From NCBI GenBank assembly GCA_951406725.2, contig OX597819.1, positions 77,190,001-77,254,000 on the forward strand: a stretch of 64,000 nt of DNA. The letters run 5' to 3'. The notes beneath the pieces are model-generated. The model did no database searches, had not been told where the DNA came from, and was given only the letters and a program-made list of their open reading frames with translations. Origin of the DNA: Octopus vulgaris. Lineage: Eukaryota. Of this stretch, positions 12,207 to 24,148 are shown piece after piece. Within the stretch, counting starts at the first letter, position 1. Every line of letters begins with the position of its first letter. The translations under genes were made by a program, and so were the position numbers.

Positions 12207-12389
12207 GTACCATATCTCATTTTTTTCGAAAAATATCTCAAACCAGCTCTGATGATAGGTTAAGTACAGCACTGGAAACTTTTCCATCATCAAGTTATAT
12301 GCATGCAGATAGAGAGGAGAAAGAGAAACAGCCAATTCACCAGTCAAGTGATAGCAACTTTTCTTTAGCAACTATGCACCATGCATCAG
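12207..12389 (+). CDS. NCX: Candidate alternative cassette exon B of the NCX gene, (G)TISHFFRKISQTSSDDRLSTALETF...ATMHHAS(G)
   Basis: Acceptor CCATTCTAG ending at 12206; donor GTCAGT at 12390; 183 nt, open, phase 1-1; 10 of the first 14 residues identical to exon A. Confidence 0.75.
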
Positions 12390-13616
12390 GTCAGTTTAAG
12401 GTCAAGTTCTGGAAAATCTAGGATTTGCCATTGTTTTGCACAATGAAAACCTATGTACCAAACCAATTCTAGTAGAAACTAGTTTCATAACTTATCTCCT
12501 GGTTAGTTTTCCTCCCTTGATGTATTCTCTGACATAGAAAATACTCCATCCTCCTTTAGTAGATGAGTCTCTAGACTTCATTATCTCCCTTGACATAGAT
12601 TTTTTTCTTTTTACCTTGACACATTCTCAGTCATTGAACACAGAATAATGATAATAATAAAAAAAAAAAGACTCTTTTATTTCAGGATTATGCATTCTTC
12701 TGCCCTGTATAACATAAATTTGCATATGCTCAATCATGCCCATACAGATGTGCACATTATTTTTGGAGTATCTGTTATACTTCTTCATATTTCAAAAGGT
12801 TTAATTTTATCTGTCATCACTTAGTGAACAATAAAATTAGCAGCAGTTAATTCACTAAGGATAATTCTAATTGCAATATTCTTTTGTTTCTTTTTTTTTT
12901 ATTTTTAGCTTTATTTATCTATTTATATTGTGTTGGTCTGGATGAAGTAGCCAACCCACTGGACTTCACAGGCACTCTGAAATCTGTGAAAACAATTTAA
13001 TTAATGTTCCTATTACAAAACAAAGCTTGTGTTTTGCTATGGGATGTTTTTTATGAACTTTCTCTTTTGTCTATGTATGTGTACATAGAGGGAGTTGTTT
13101 AATAGTTTCTACTGATGCGAGGATTCCTCGGTAAACATTAAATCTATTCTGTAATATGAGCTTCTATTTGTGTGTGCTTAACTAGTCATTTCCTATAAAT
13201 GCTTTGTCTTCTCATTCTTTCCTTTCATACTCTTACAGTTACGTTACATTTTTCACATAGCCAAGGGGTTGAAACACAAAATTATTTTGGGGTTTCCTTT
13301 CTCAGAGCTAGAGAATACTTCAGTCCTGAACATCTGGTGACACCCATATAAGGCACAAATATGCCAAAGCCCTCGCCTTAAAGTGCTGTTCATACAGCTG
13401 TGAGGAATGAGTGATGAATTACCTCACCCAGCCCATTACAAAAATAAAAAAAGTGTTTTTGCAGATCCACAATCAACAACTTACTATTGTTGTTAAGTTC
13501 CATGTCAGTACTGATCAAGCAAACCTATGATAGCAGCATTATCAGGCCATTTTTGCTATCTCTACATTCTAAGTTCTGTTTTAAATCATGGTAAATAAAT
13601 TATTATTATTATTATT

Positions 13617-13812
13617 AAAGTGGAAAGCTGGCAGAATTGTTAGCACACTGGACAAAATGCTCGCAGCATTTCACCCGTTGCTACATTCTGAGTTCAAATT
13701 CTGCCAAGGTCGACTATGTCTTTCATCTATTCGGGGTCGATAAATTAAGTACCAGTGAAACACTGAGGTCGATGTAATCAACTAGTCCCTGCCAGTTAAA
13801 TTTCAGGCCTAG
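13617..13812 (+). mobile_element. Meta-like SINE copy
   Basis: Same head and core; preceded by (ATT)n. Confidence 0.75.
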
Positions 13813-15942
13813 AAAATAGTTATATATAGATAGAAGAATAGATTTCTGCTGATTTCAATGATGGGAATTTGTTTGAGTCACTTGAATTATATGTAAGTGG
13901 CTGAGTATTCCATAGTTATTTGTATCATTAAGATAATTCTTTGACAGAATCTGCATGACACATTGTGTGACAAGATTGTACTTTGAATCATGAATAGAGT
14001 GTATCTGACAGGCTTCTATACACTTTCCATCTGCTCAGTTATGAGTCTACCCATGGCTATAAGAAAAACAATGACATTTGCCCAAGATGCTGTGCTCTGA
14101 GATCAAACATTGAGACCTCATGGTTCTGAAGTTAACTTAACCATTTGACAACATGTGCGTACACACACATACACTATACTTGCATCACATACTCATATTA
14201 TAGTTCTAAGAGGCAACATGTTCATCAAAGTATATGCTTGTGTTTCTATTTCATCAGTGGCAGCAGAAAGCACCATAAATGTAGGAAACATTATTTCAAA
14301 AATGCTAGCAAATACAGAAAGTAAAACCATAAAATATTGTAAACAGCTGAAATATCTTTCATTTAAATACAGTTTCTCTCCATGTAAAGCTTTCACATAA
14401 CAGTTTTTACACTTCTCTACTCTCATTCAGAAATTAAGGATAATAAAAATTTTGAATTAAAATTTCATTTTATGTTCATTTTCTAATGCTAGCAAGGGTT
14501 ACACAAATATACCATTGAAGCATTGTTTTATAGCTGGGCAGCTGGAATCCCTTCCTGCTGCTATCTTTAGCTTTTTACTTTCATAAGGGATCATCTCTTA
14601 TTTCACAAATCTTTGAAAGCATGAAAGTAGGTGATTTGTTGACAGGAGTGACAACAGCAATACTCCTCATAGGGAGTGACTTTTGTTGAGTGCAAACATA
14701 AAGATACCTACACAGTCTTTTTCCTTTTTCTCGTACAGGTCTTTTTGCTATTTGATAAATGAGATACACAACAAGCATATATATTTTTAGGAACATGGGT
14801 ATTCTGAAAACATGATGCTATTCCTGGAGAAAATATTTGGAATGGGAGTGTATACATCTTAAACATTTGAACATTTCTGCACACAAATCCATGTACAATA
14901 CAACCTTTGTGTTATCTGCCATAGCAATTCTCATTGGGGTAAAATGATGAAAGAAGTAGACTTATGATGAAAAACGTTTCAATTGTTACCATCTCTTATT
15001 TACAAGCACACTGCATCTAAAGCTACCCTGTGTTTTTTTTTTTTGTTTTTCTTTTTGTATTAAATTTGATTTGCTGCAAATTAAAAGAGAGTTGACTGGT
15101 ATTTTCCATGTTGGAAGAAGCTTACTCATTGGCTCATAATAAATCCATTTATGTCCTGAGGAGGACAAATATGGTATAATGAATTTAAACTTTTTTTTTT
15201 AACTGTTCGTTAATAATTTCTCTAATTCTGCTACAAATATGACATGAACAGCAGTTTGTTGTTTAATCCAAAGCTTAGCCTTGATGGCGCTGCTCTATTG
15301 CCAAAAGCATTTTTGCCATGACCATCTTGTCATTTGGTATATCATATCTTTGATTTGCTTCAGTAATCCAAGTAGGGCACTGCTTTAAACAGTTTAGTCA
15401 AACAAATTAACCTTAGTACCTATGTTTTGAAAGTCTGGTACTCACTTTACTGAACCGCTAAATTATTAAACGAACCAATATCAGTTGTCAGACAATGCAG
15501 AGACAGACACACAAACAAGCATACATATGCATGCATGCATACATACATACAAATAAGTTTATACCCATAATTATTGGGGTACTGGGATATGTAACATACT
15601 GCCTAAATACCAATCTTGAAAAATTAGGCTTCTCAAAGCCAGAAAGGAGACAGCTTATTTAAAGACTACAGTTCCAAGCCATCACTAGTACTGTAAAAAT
15701 CTGTAAACCTTTTGAGAAGTTTAACATTTAAGTATATATGAGCATTTCTAGACATGCAACTATATGCATGAGCATACATGCACAAAACAAAATAAACAAA
15801 TCTGCACACACACATACATACACACACAAAATTTACCTTGTTGATGTTGTTGAAATTCCAATGAAGGAGCCTTGGATCTAGGTTAGAAACTAGTTCTTCC
15901 TCTATTGGCAAGAAATCTTGAAATAAAACTGAATAATCACTT

Positions 15943-15975
<33 letters not shown>

Positions 15976-17058
15976 AGCACAAGAAATAAGGTTAAGTATG
16001 AGTTTATATTATAGTTCCTACGCACATTTCACCAATATGGTTGTTTGGAGCCCTCCGGTAAGTGTTCTGAGTGCATTTAGATGCTTAATTACAATGGATC
16101 ATCAAAGAACATTTCATTGCATCAAGTTACAGCTAACTATATACACATGCACACACACACACACACATGTACATGTGTATATGATAGACTTCCACACGCA
16201 GTGGGATTGAACCTGAAACCATGTGTTTGCAAAGCAAGCTTCTCAATAATCACACAGCTATGTCTGTGTCTATATATCCCTAAACTTATTCATTTATTCA
16301 ATCATATGTTCTGTATGGTTTTTACATAAGGCTTCATTTTCTACTCATTAACAATACAAATGTACATGTTCTATTAAATAGTTTTTCCACTTTTTCTTTT
16401 TCTTTTCTTTTTTTTTTATACCAACAGTTTGTCTGCTTCTGTTTCTCCTTAATAATATACTTCAGATTGCCTTTCTTTTTGGCTAATTTTTTTGAAACAT
16501 TTTGCCATTTGCTATTTATTTCTGTATAATTTTTAATTTTTTTTCATCAAGTGGCTTTACCAGCGCTTTGCACTGATCAACAGTGTTCCAGCTTCCTGTC
16601 CCTCTTTACTCGCTGATTGGTTTTTATGTAGAGTAGATTTTTCACTATTATTATTATTTTTATTATTATTATTATCATTATTATTATTGTGGCCTGATTC
16701 AGTCTAAGATGATCGATAAATGTGTTCTTAATTTCTTCAACACTAATGCAACTTCAAGGTTATACATGTAGACAAAACAAAGAACAAAAAATGAAAAAGA
16801 AGAAAGTAAGCACAAAGAAGAGACATATTTTTCGTCTAGCATTTGTCTGTGTGTCTGTTTGTCTTAAAAGACAGTAAAAATTAGTGAGTATATATATATA
16901 TATGTTGCTCTGCTGGTATTAGTAGGCAAACAACTTAGTGGATTTTCCTTTCAATTTATTTGTTGTTGTTCTTCTTCTGCTTCTTATTAATATTATTTTT
17001 GTGGTTACTATCATCATCATCATGATCATGATCATCATCATGATTATGATCATGATTA

Positions 17059-17094
<36 letters not shown>

Positions 17095-17097
17095 GTG

Positions 17098-17310
17098 AAG
17101 GCAGTGAGCTAGTAGAATTGTTAGCATGCTGGACAAAATGCTTAGTGGTATTTCGCCCATCGCTACGTTCTGAGTTCAAATTCCGTTGTGGTCAACTTTG
17201 CCTTTCATCCTTTCGGGGTTGACAAATTAAGTACCAGTGAAACACTGGGTTCGATGTAATCAACTAGTCCCTCTCACCAAACTTCAGGCCTTGTGCCTAT
17301 AGTAGAAAGG
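17098..17310 (+). mobile_element. Meta-like SINE copy inside an (ATT)n tract
   Basis: Full head, core and tail; (ATT)n on both sides. Confidence 0.8.
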
Positions 17311-17326
17311 ATTATTATTATTATTA

Positions 17327-17357
<31 letters not shown>

Positions 17358-17989
17358 GTTTTTTCCTTCTTTCTTCAAATTTTCTTCTGTTTCTCACCGA
17401 GTGTTTTCCATACACCTAGGGCAGAGAAGCTGATTGTATGTATTATTATTATTATTATTTTATGAAAACATCTGAATGTATTCCATTAATGAATGATTCA
17501 TTATTACAGTTAAATCAATCTGTTATAATTCTAGCCTGCTCTTCTCTTCTCATGAAACTGTTCTTAACTAATGTTACTAACGCCTACTGTCAAGCACCCT
17601 TTGCAGAGCATTTTTATGCAACAAAAACAAAACAAAGCAAGGTACAATGAAAATCCTGCTAGCATGGATTGCAGATGGTTCAGCAGTGATTTGTGTAAAC
17701 TTATAGGATCATAAAACTATTTCCTCTCTGCTATTTACCATTTAATTGTCTGGTAGGAGTGGTGCTTTATTTTTGTTTTATTTCTTTGAGTTATGTTAAA
17801 TGTAGCCTGTAATATCGGCCTTTACACAGCACAATGAAAATTTCTTAAGTGCTATAGCCTATTCAATATTAGTCAATAATCAATCCCAGCATCCTGTTGA
17901 TATAGTTAACAGATTCTGTAATCCATTCAGTCATAGCAGCTTCATAGATGCTGTGATTTTAGTATTAATATACCAGCATTAATCACAGC

Positions 17990-18210
17990 AGCAAAGTGGC
18001 AGAATTGGTAGCATCCCAGGCAAAATGCTTTGCAGCATTTAGGCTGTCTTTATGTTCTGAGTTCGCATGCTGCCCAGGTCGACTTTGTCTTCCATACTTT
18101 GGGAGTTGATAAAATAAGTACCAGTTGAGTACTGGGGTCGATGTAATTGACTTACCCCCACCCCTTCCCCGAAACTGCTGGCCTTGTACCAAAATTTGAA
18201 ACCAATATAT
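17990..18210 (+). mobile_element. Meta-like SINE copy
   Basis: Same head and core with tail GGCCTTGTACCAAAATTTGAAACC. Confidence 0.75.
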
Positions 18211-20701
18211 TAACATTAATCAGTTTTGGAGTTCTGTCTCTGCTTAATACTGTAAATTGTTGAACAAACAAAGGAGCCTTTCTTTGCAGTTTCTTGACTT
18301 GCTGGAAATAATAGCTGATTTTTTTGTTGATTGAAACTACCATTTTAAAAAGGAATGATACATTAGATAAGATAGCTCAGGACACACACTGATTGGAAAA
18401 AAAGAAAGAAATTGAATAAAACATGATGGTTCTAGTTTAAGTGCCTTTTACCATGTCTTTTAAAGCAAGGTTGTTGTTGCTTTTTTGTTGCCCTAGGTGA
18501 TCCATAAGCAAAGAGCACATGTAATTGGCTAAATGCCAAAGGTGTGACCCACAGATCTTTTGTTCTGTTCAAGATATACCTGTGCATAACAGTTGTTGTT
18601 TGCCTGCACTTATCATTGGTGATGTATATTGCAACACATTGTCTGAGGTTATTGAACATATTAAGGATGCAACCATTTTTGTGTGCCAGTGTATTTTATG
18701 TTTCTGTGTACCAAATGGGAGAGATAATGTTTTTAGAACATTCTAGTACTGTTCTTGTGTATTGTAGATGTGACTGTGGGGTAGATTTTGTTTTTACATC
18801 TAATGGAAGAGATCATAAAGGTTTGAGTTTGCTCTGACAGGAAATACATCTACACACACATTCAATTGGTTTTTCCTTTTCAGCCAGTGATTTCATGTGA
18901 ACTTATAAAAGCACTGCATTCACTTTCTCTGGAAAGAAAAACAATTTTAAGAAATTTCCTGATTGTTTCTTTTCGTTCTTCAGTATTGAACTTTCATCAT
19001 GAAAGTGCGGACTAATGTGTATGGTTATATTTCATTTTATTTTTTTGCAGCGTTATATTCCTACAAAGTTATTCGAATTATTTGAAGCAACATTCTTTTC
19101 AAATAAAAAAAAAACAATCAAAACCTCATCGTATATGTGCATTTTTATGTTTAAAACAATCTCTGGGCTAATATCTATGACTCAGAGCTTCTGCCATTAT
19201 GTTTGGTGTCTAAAGCACATATTTCTTTCAAACTTTTAATATATTTTTAAAGAATTTTGATAAAATAATTTTGGAAATACTAAGTTATTAAATGTTGTTC
19301 TTCCTTTCCTTTATAAGGATGGAAAGAAAGTTCTTATTTAAAACATCTAAAATAAGAGGAGAATATATAAAAAAAAGCCTAAGTTTTTAAAACTGTTATA
19401 TTCATTAAAATATTCACCAAAAGAATATAAATGGCATATGTGGCTTTCATTTATTTGTTTATTCTATTATATTTATTATGTGAGCATCAGAGAGGATTGA
19501 TAGCACTCATGTCCATTTTAGAGGATCTCCAAAGCTGCTTGCAACTGAGGGAATACTACTATAGGTATCGAAGGGTCGGGTAGTGGAATATTAAGCTGAG
19601 TAACAAATTACGTCTACCAGTTCAACAAGTACACAAATTATAATTTTCTTTTCAATGAAACTTGAAGAAAGATAAGTTTAAAAGTATGCAATAAATTAGG
19701 AGTAGGCAGCCTTTCTTGAGAACCAGGCTGCATGAGACATAACCCATAATCAGGCAAGTTGCACAATTATGCATATGTATATCATTTTCCTCATGAAGTT
19801 GAGCATTTCATTCCGCAAGTCCTCCAGACCACAGTTTGCTCATGGCTGTAATAAGTTTTTCCATCAGGATTATTAGGATTATGAAGGAACTTGGGTTTAC
19901 TATGATATGACAAGATGTTATTTGGTATTATATGTGTTTTTAAACTATAGATTCTTTCAAATATGCAGCAAAATGGCATCAGCATGCTAGTGTTACCATA
20001 TGTATTAATGAAGTTTTTATACATCCATAATATAATTGAGATTGTTGGGTAAATGTTTTTTTTTTTTGTTTTTGTTTTTTTTTTCCTTTTTAAAAAAAAA
20101 TATAATAATAAATTACAAGATTTTCAGATTCAAATCTTGACTTTCTAATTATCTGAATAAACACCTCAAAGCTATACAGGAATAGACTAATACAATAGAA
20201 GAATGGTGAGTGAATGTCAAATATGGTTTACTTTTACATCACTTGAGGTTTTAGCACACCTGTGAACACATATGCGACAGCACATTGCATAGTTTTGTTA
20301 TTATATATCATACTCTGATTTACTTCTTGGCTTTGATTGCTAAAATGTTGATTGCTATGCGAATATTTAAACAGCTTTATGAAGTATGTGTTTATTCATT
20401 CTTCAAACTGTTCTCACTCTACTAGTTTCTTTCTCTCTCTCTCTCTCTATATATATATATAAGTTTCTATTCTTGTTCCTTCCAGTTGATTTGTCTTTTT
20501 AAAATGTCACTAAATTGTTGATAGAGATGTTTAATAAATGGCTTGGTCATTTTACAGTTTACCTTGGCACAAAATATATTGAATTTCTTTATTAACGTTT
20601 TATGAAATAAATGTAACATTTCTAATTTAACCAGAAATCATTTGCTTGATTTTTTCCTATGGAATAATTTTGTAAATATAGTTCTCTGAATTTAATTTCT
20701 G

Positions 20702-20738
<37 letters not shown>

Positions 20739-20808
20739 CATCATTCCTGTTATCTTCAAAAGGCTTCTTTTTTTTAACTTGTTTTGTTCTTTTTTCTGTC
20801 TCTTTTAG

Positions 20809-20930
20809 GTAGTAGTTCTGAAAATGTACAGCAGGAGGAAGATGATCCTGTATTGGTGGAACTTGGTAAACCGAGACGTGGTGAAAATATCAAGATTACA
20901 GTTCACATAACTGAGAGCACAGAATTCAAG
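20809..20930 (+). CDS. NCX: NCX exon: end of Ca-binding domain 2, (G)SSSENVQQEEDDPVLVELGKPRRGENIKITVHITESTEFK
   Basis: Long polypyrimidine tract plus TAG; donor GTCAGT at 20931; ELGKPxxGE...ESxEFK is the NCX CBD2 C-terminal signature; phase 1 to 0. Confidence 0.93.
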
Positions 20931-21745
20931 GTCAGTGTCTTTGATTTACGAAAACATCCACAGAACATTGATTCCTTTGCTTTTTTTTTTACTGAATAAA
21001 ACAAAGAAAAGCAAAAAAACAATTATGCATATTTATGGTGGTAGTGTTGGTAGAATGTTGAGATCAGCCCTCACCACTTTTCCTCCCCATTTCTTCCTAG
21101 AAGTTACTGTTCTTCAGGTTCCTTCCACTGGATCAATTTATTATCTTCCAGACTTATCACATGTCCATACCAGTACAATTTCTTCTAATATCTAGTTTCT
21201 TTGTCTGCTTGTTTGTATTCCATCTTTCACACATCCTGCACATTCACTGCTCATATTCTACTACTATGCTACATTTCACTTCATAAACATGCCTCATACA
21301 ATTATAGTTGGCCTGTGCTGTGATAGTCCATTTTACAATGTATTTGAAAGACGTGCTATGGTTAAAAAGTCTTTGCTTGCACTTATTGTCAACCGTATCT
21401 CCATAGCTGGTTATTGGGAAATGGTTGAGGTAACTTCAGCTTCATGAATTTATCTCTTGAATTCCACATCTTGTATACCCAAGCATACATCTCTCACCCA
21501 CTTCTATCTGCTCTTTTATTTAAATAGTGTATTTAGAACTACTTTATCCACTGTACTTTTTCTTTTTTGTTTTTAAAACAACAGGACATAATTTAAGAGA
21601 GATTTAGCTGCTATGTTCAGCAAGCTGAACAATAGCATAATCTCCTTTACTGGCTCATTTCTATTTGGTTGAGTAATTTTTTAAATAACATGTTCCTAAG
21701 TATTATTTTCATTCACACTATACAATGTCAGGTTCTACTTGTGCT

Positions 21746-22582
21746 TACACTGTAAAAGGCTAAATTTGATGATGTTTCAGGTCTCCTGGTAAACAGTTAT
21801 TGGAGAGCATAAAGATTAAAGTTGTTGCTGAGAGAAAAAGTTAGCTAACATGGAGGCCGGAAGCTATCTGAATGTTGGAAAAGAGTAACATGCAACATGA
21901 GGATTCACACCTCATATCAAAATGTCAACATCATGGCTGCTGCTCAGTGCTCTGTAAACACTGTAAAGGCTGTAAGACATGGCATGGATAACTGCAACGG
22001 AGACAATGGTCATTCTGACTGCATCTGCATACCAAACCTGAGTTCATCTTCACATCTTTGAACAGGCCCTTAAGCTCAATTCAGACGGCTATGTGAAATT
22101 GTTGGTGACTATGGTAAATCCCTGGTTGGAAAGTCATATGTGTGGCAGCAAGATTTGGCTCTTTGCAATTACCTCCAGAAAAATGACAGAAGTGGTTGTC
22201 AGAAAATTTCTATGAATTCACCTTCTCTAGTTTCTGACCTCTCTCCAAATTATAATCCCATGGATTACTATGGGATGCAGTTGAGAAAGACACCAACTGC
22301 TCTGCCTGCAACACCAAGACCAAGCTGGTTGATCAGTATCAAGGAACTGTTCGAAAATCTTTCCAAGAACACAGTGGGGAACACATGCACTAGGTTCCAG
22401 ATCAATTTTCATTCCATGATGGGAGCTGAGAGTGGCTACTTTTAGTAAATTGATATCTCCCAGCCATAATCTAGTTGGTGTTTTTTTTTTTTGTTTTTCT
22501 TTAGATACTTTTATTTTTTTGATGGGATATTATGCTTTCTTTTCCTTTTACACAAACTGTCAAATTTAGCCCAAACACTGTA
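21746..22582 (+). mobile_element. Decayed, internally deleted Tc1/mariner-superfamily transposon
   Basis: Imperfect TIRs (CACTGTAAAAGGCTAAATTTGA / TCAAATTTAGCCCAAACACTG) flanked by TA; transposase remnants WQQD...SPNYNPMDYY. Confidence 0.7.
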
Positions 22583-23086
22583 TTTTCAATTGTAGTCATT
22601 GAAGTGCAACGGAACACTGAATTAAAAGCAATTCAAAGCTGGAACAGAGTTTTATCTTTACCTTTATAAGATGATTTCAACTTAGCAAAATTATTGACTT
22701 GTTTTTTTATGACTCCCAACAATGCTATATTTATCATCAATTATCAAGTAGCATATATAAAGAAGAAGGAACAGTTTTATTGTGTTTCAGTGACTTACTT
22801 TCTTAGATAAAATACTAGTTCACAGAATTTCTAGAAATTTATAAGTACTTTTTTTTTTTTAGTTTTCCATAATGAGATTAGGAACAGTTCTTTAAAATTT
22901 AATACCAACATTTTGACTGTTTTACATTAGTCTTATAACTTGTTGAGTCTTTGTTTCGTGAGATTCTATCAAAGACTTTCTCCTAAAACTGGTTATCTAG
23001 GTTAATACAAATTGATCAGTCTTGTTCTTCCCAAAGTTATTTCCCCAGGTGTTAAACTCAGTGCTTAATGCTAACTGTGAAGGTTT

Positions 23087-23400
23087 ATGGCTTAGTGGGT
23101 AGGGTATTTGGCCGACAATCATTTTGCCATGAGTTTGATTTCTGGCAGCACATTGTGTCCTTGAGCAAGACTCTTTACTTCACATTGCTTCAGTTCACTC
23201 AGCTGGCATAAGTGAGTTATACTTGTATTTCAAAGGGCCAGCCCCGTTACATCCTGTGTCACACTGAATCTCCCTGAGAATTTTGTTAAGGGTACATGTG
23301 TCTCTGAAGTGCTCAGCCACTGACACGTTAATTTCACTAGCAGGCCGTTCTGTTGACCAGGTCAGTTGGAACCGTCATCATTACAACTGACAAAGTGCCC
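23087..23400 (+). mobile_element. tRNA-derived SINE (second-family head, different tail)
   Basis: ATGGCTTAGTGG A-box-like start; GTGTCCTTGAGCAAGACTCTTTACTTCACATTGC core. Confidence 0.65.
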
Positions 23401-23489
23401 ACTGCATGCTAACTAGCTACTTGTCAATTTTACTATGCTATCATAATAACTGACTTTATTGGTTTTACACCTAGTTTTCATACCTGTGT

Positions 23490-23800
23490 GTGTTGGACAA
23501 TTCTCTCTAGAGACAGTCCCACCACTTATCTGTTGTGTTCCTTTGTGAAGTTCAACATCTTGAGATCAGATTTCACCACTCCTACCCATATCTTCTGCTT
23601 CCATTTTTTTGTAATTCCATGCAGATCTCCTGGCACTCCTTCACCAAACTGTCATCAGCTGTATGCATCACTTGCCCATACCACTGCAGTTGTACCACTA
23701 GCACACTTTTTCTTCTTATACCCAATTTTTCTCTCGACAAATCTGTTCTTTGTCATCCGTACACACTGACATTACACTATATCGCTCTGCAATGTTATTG
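23490..23800 (-). mobile_element. Degraded RTE-like LINE C-terminal fragment
   Basis: Minus strand reads ...WVGVVKSDLKMLNFTKE..., resembling RTE ORF ends; heavily decayed. Confidence 0.4.
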
Positions 23801-24048
23801 CTTATAATGGTGAGTTGTTCTGAACATAGGGTGTCTATTTTCAACTTGGTGAACTTGACCATTAAAAAAAACGCATAGTGTAATGTTAGGTTGAAAACTG
23901 CCAGTATTTTGTCTGGTTGTCTGAGAACCTAACAAACACACCCAGCTATTCCCTCTAACGTCCCTCACCTAACCTAGATTAACTGTGAGGATGAAATATT
24001 TACCTGCTACCATTTGGAATCAAATCACATTTCCTTTTATCTTTTCAG

Positions 24049-24148
24049 AGTGTGGTTGACAAGTTACTAAAGAAAGCTAACTTATCTCTTGTCGTTAGCA
24101 CTTCTTCCTGGAGAGAACAGTTCATTGAGGCCATAACAGTCAATGCAG
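24049..24148 (+). CDS. NCX: NCX exon SVVDKLLKKANLSLVVSTSSWREQFIEAITVNA (missed by the ORF track)
   Basis: Acceptor CTTTTCAG, donor GTCAGT at 24149; 100 nt, phase 0 to 1; VDKLxKKxNL...SWREQFxEAITV is diagnostic for SLC8. Confidence 0.96.

Noticed and set aside
18480-18840. Overlapping ORFs with transposon-like flavour
   Set aside because: No motif I can assign with confidence
20809-20815. Extra AGs just inside the exon (TAG GTAG TAG)
   Set aside because: Offsets of +4 and +7 would shift the frame; not a productive tandem acceptor
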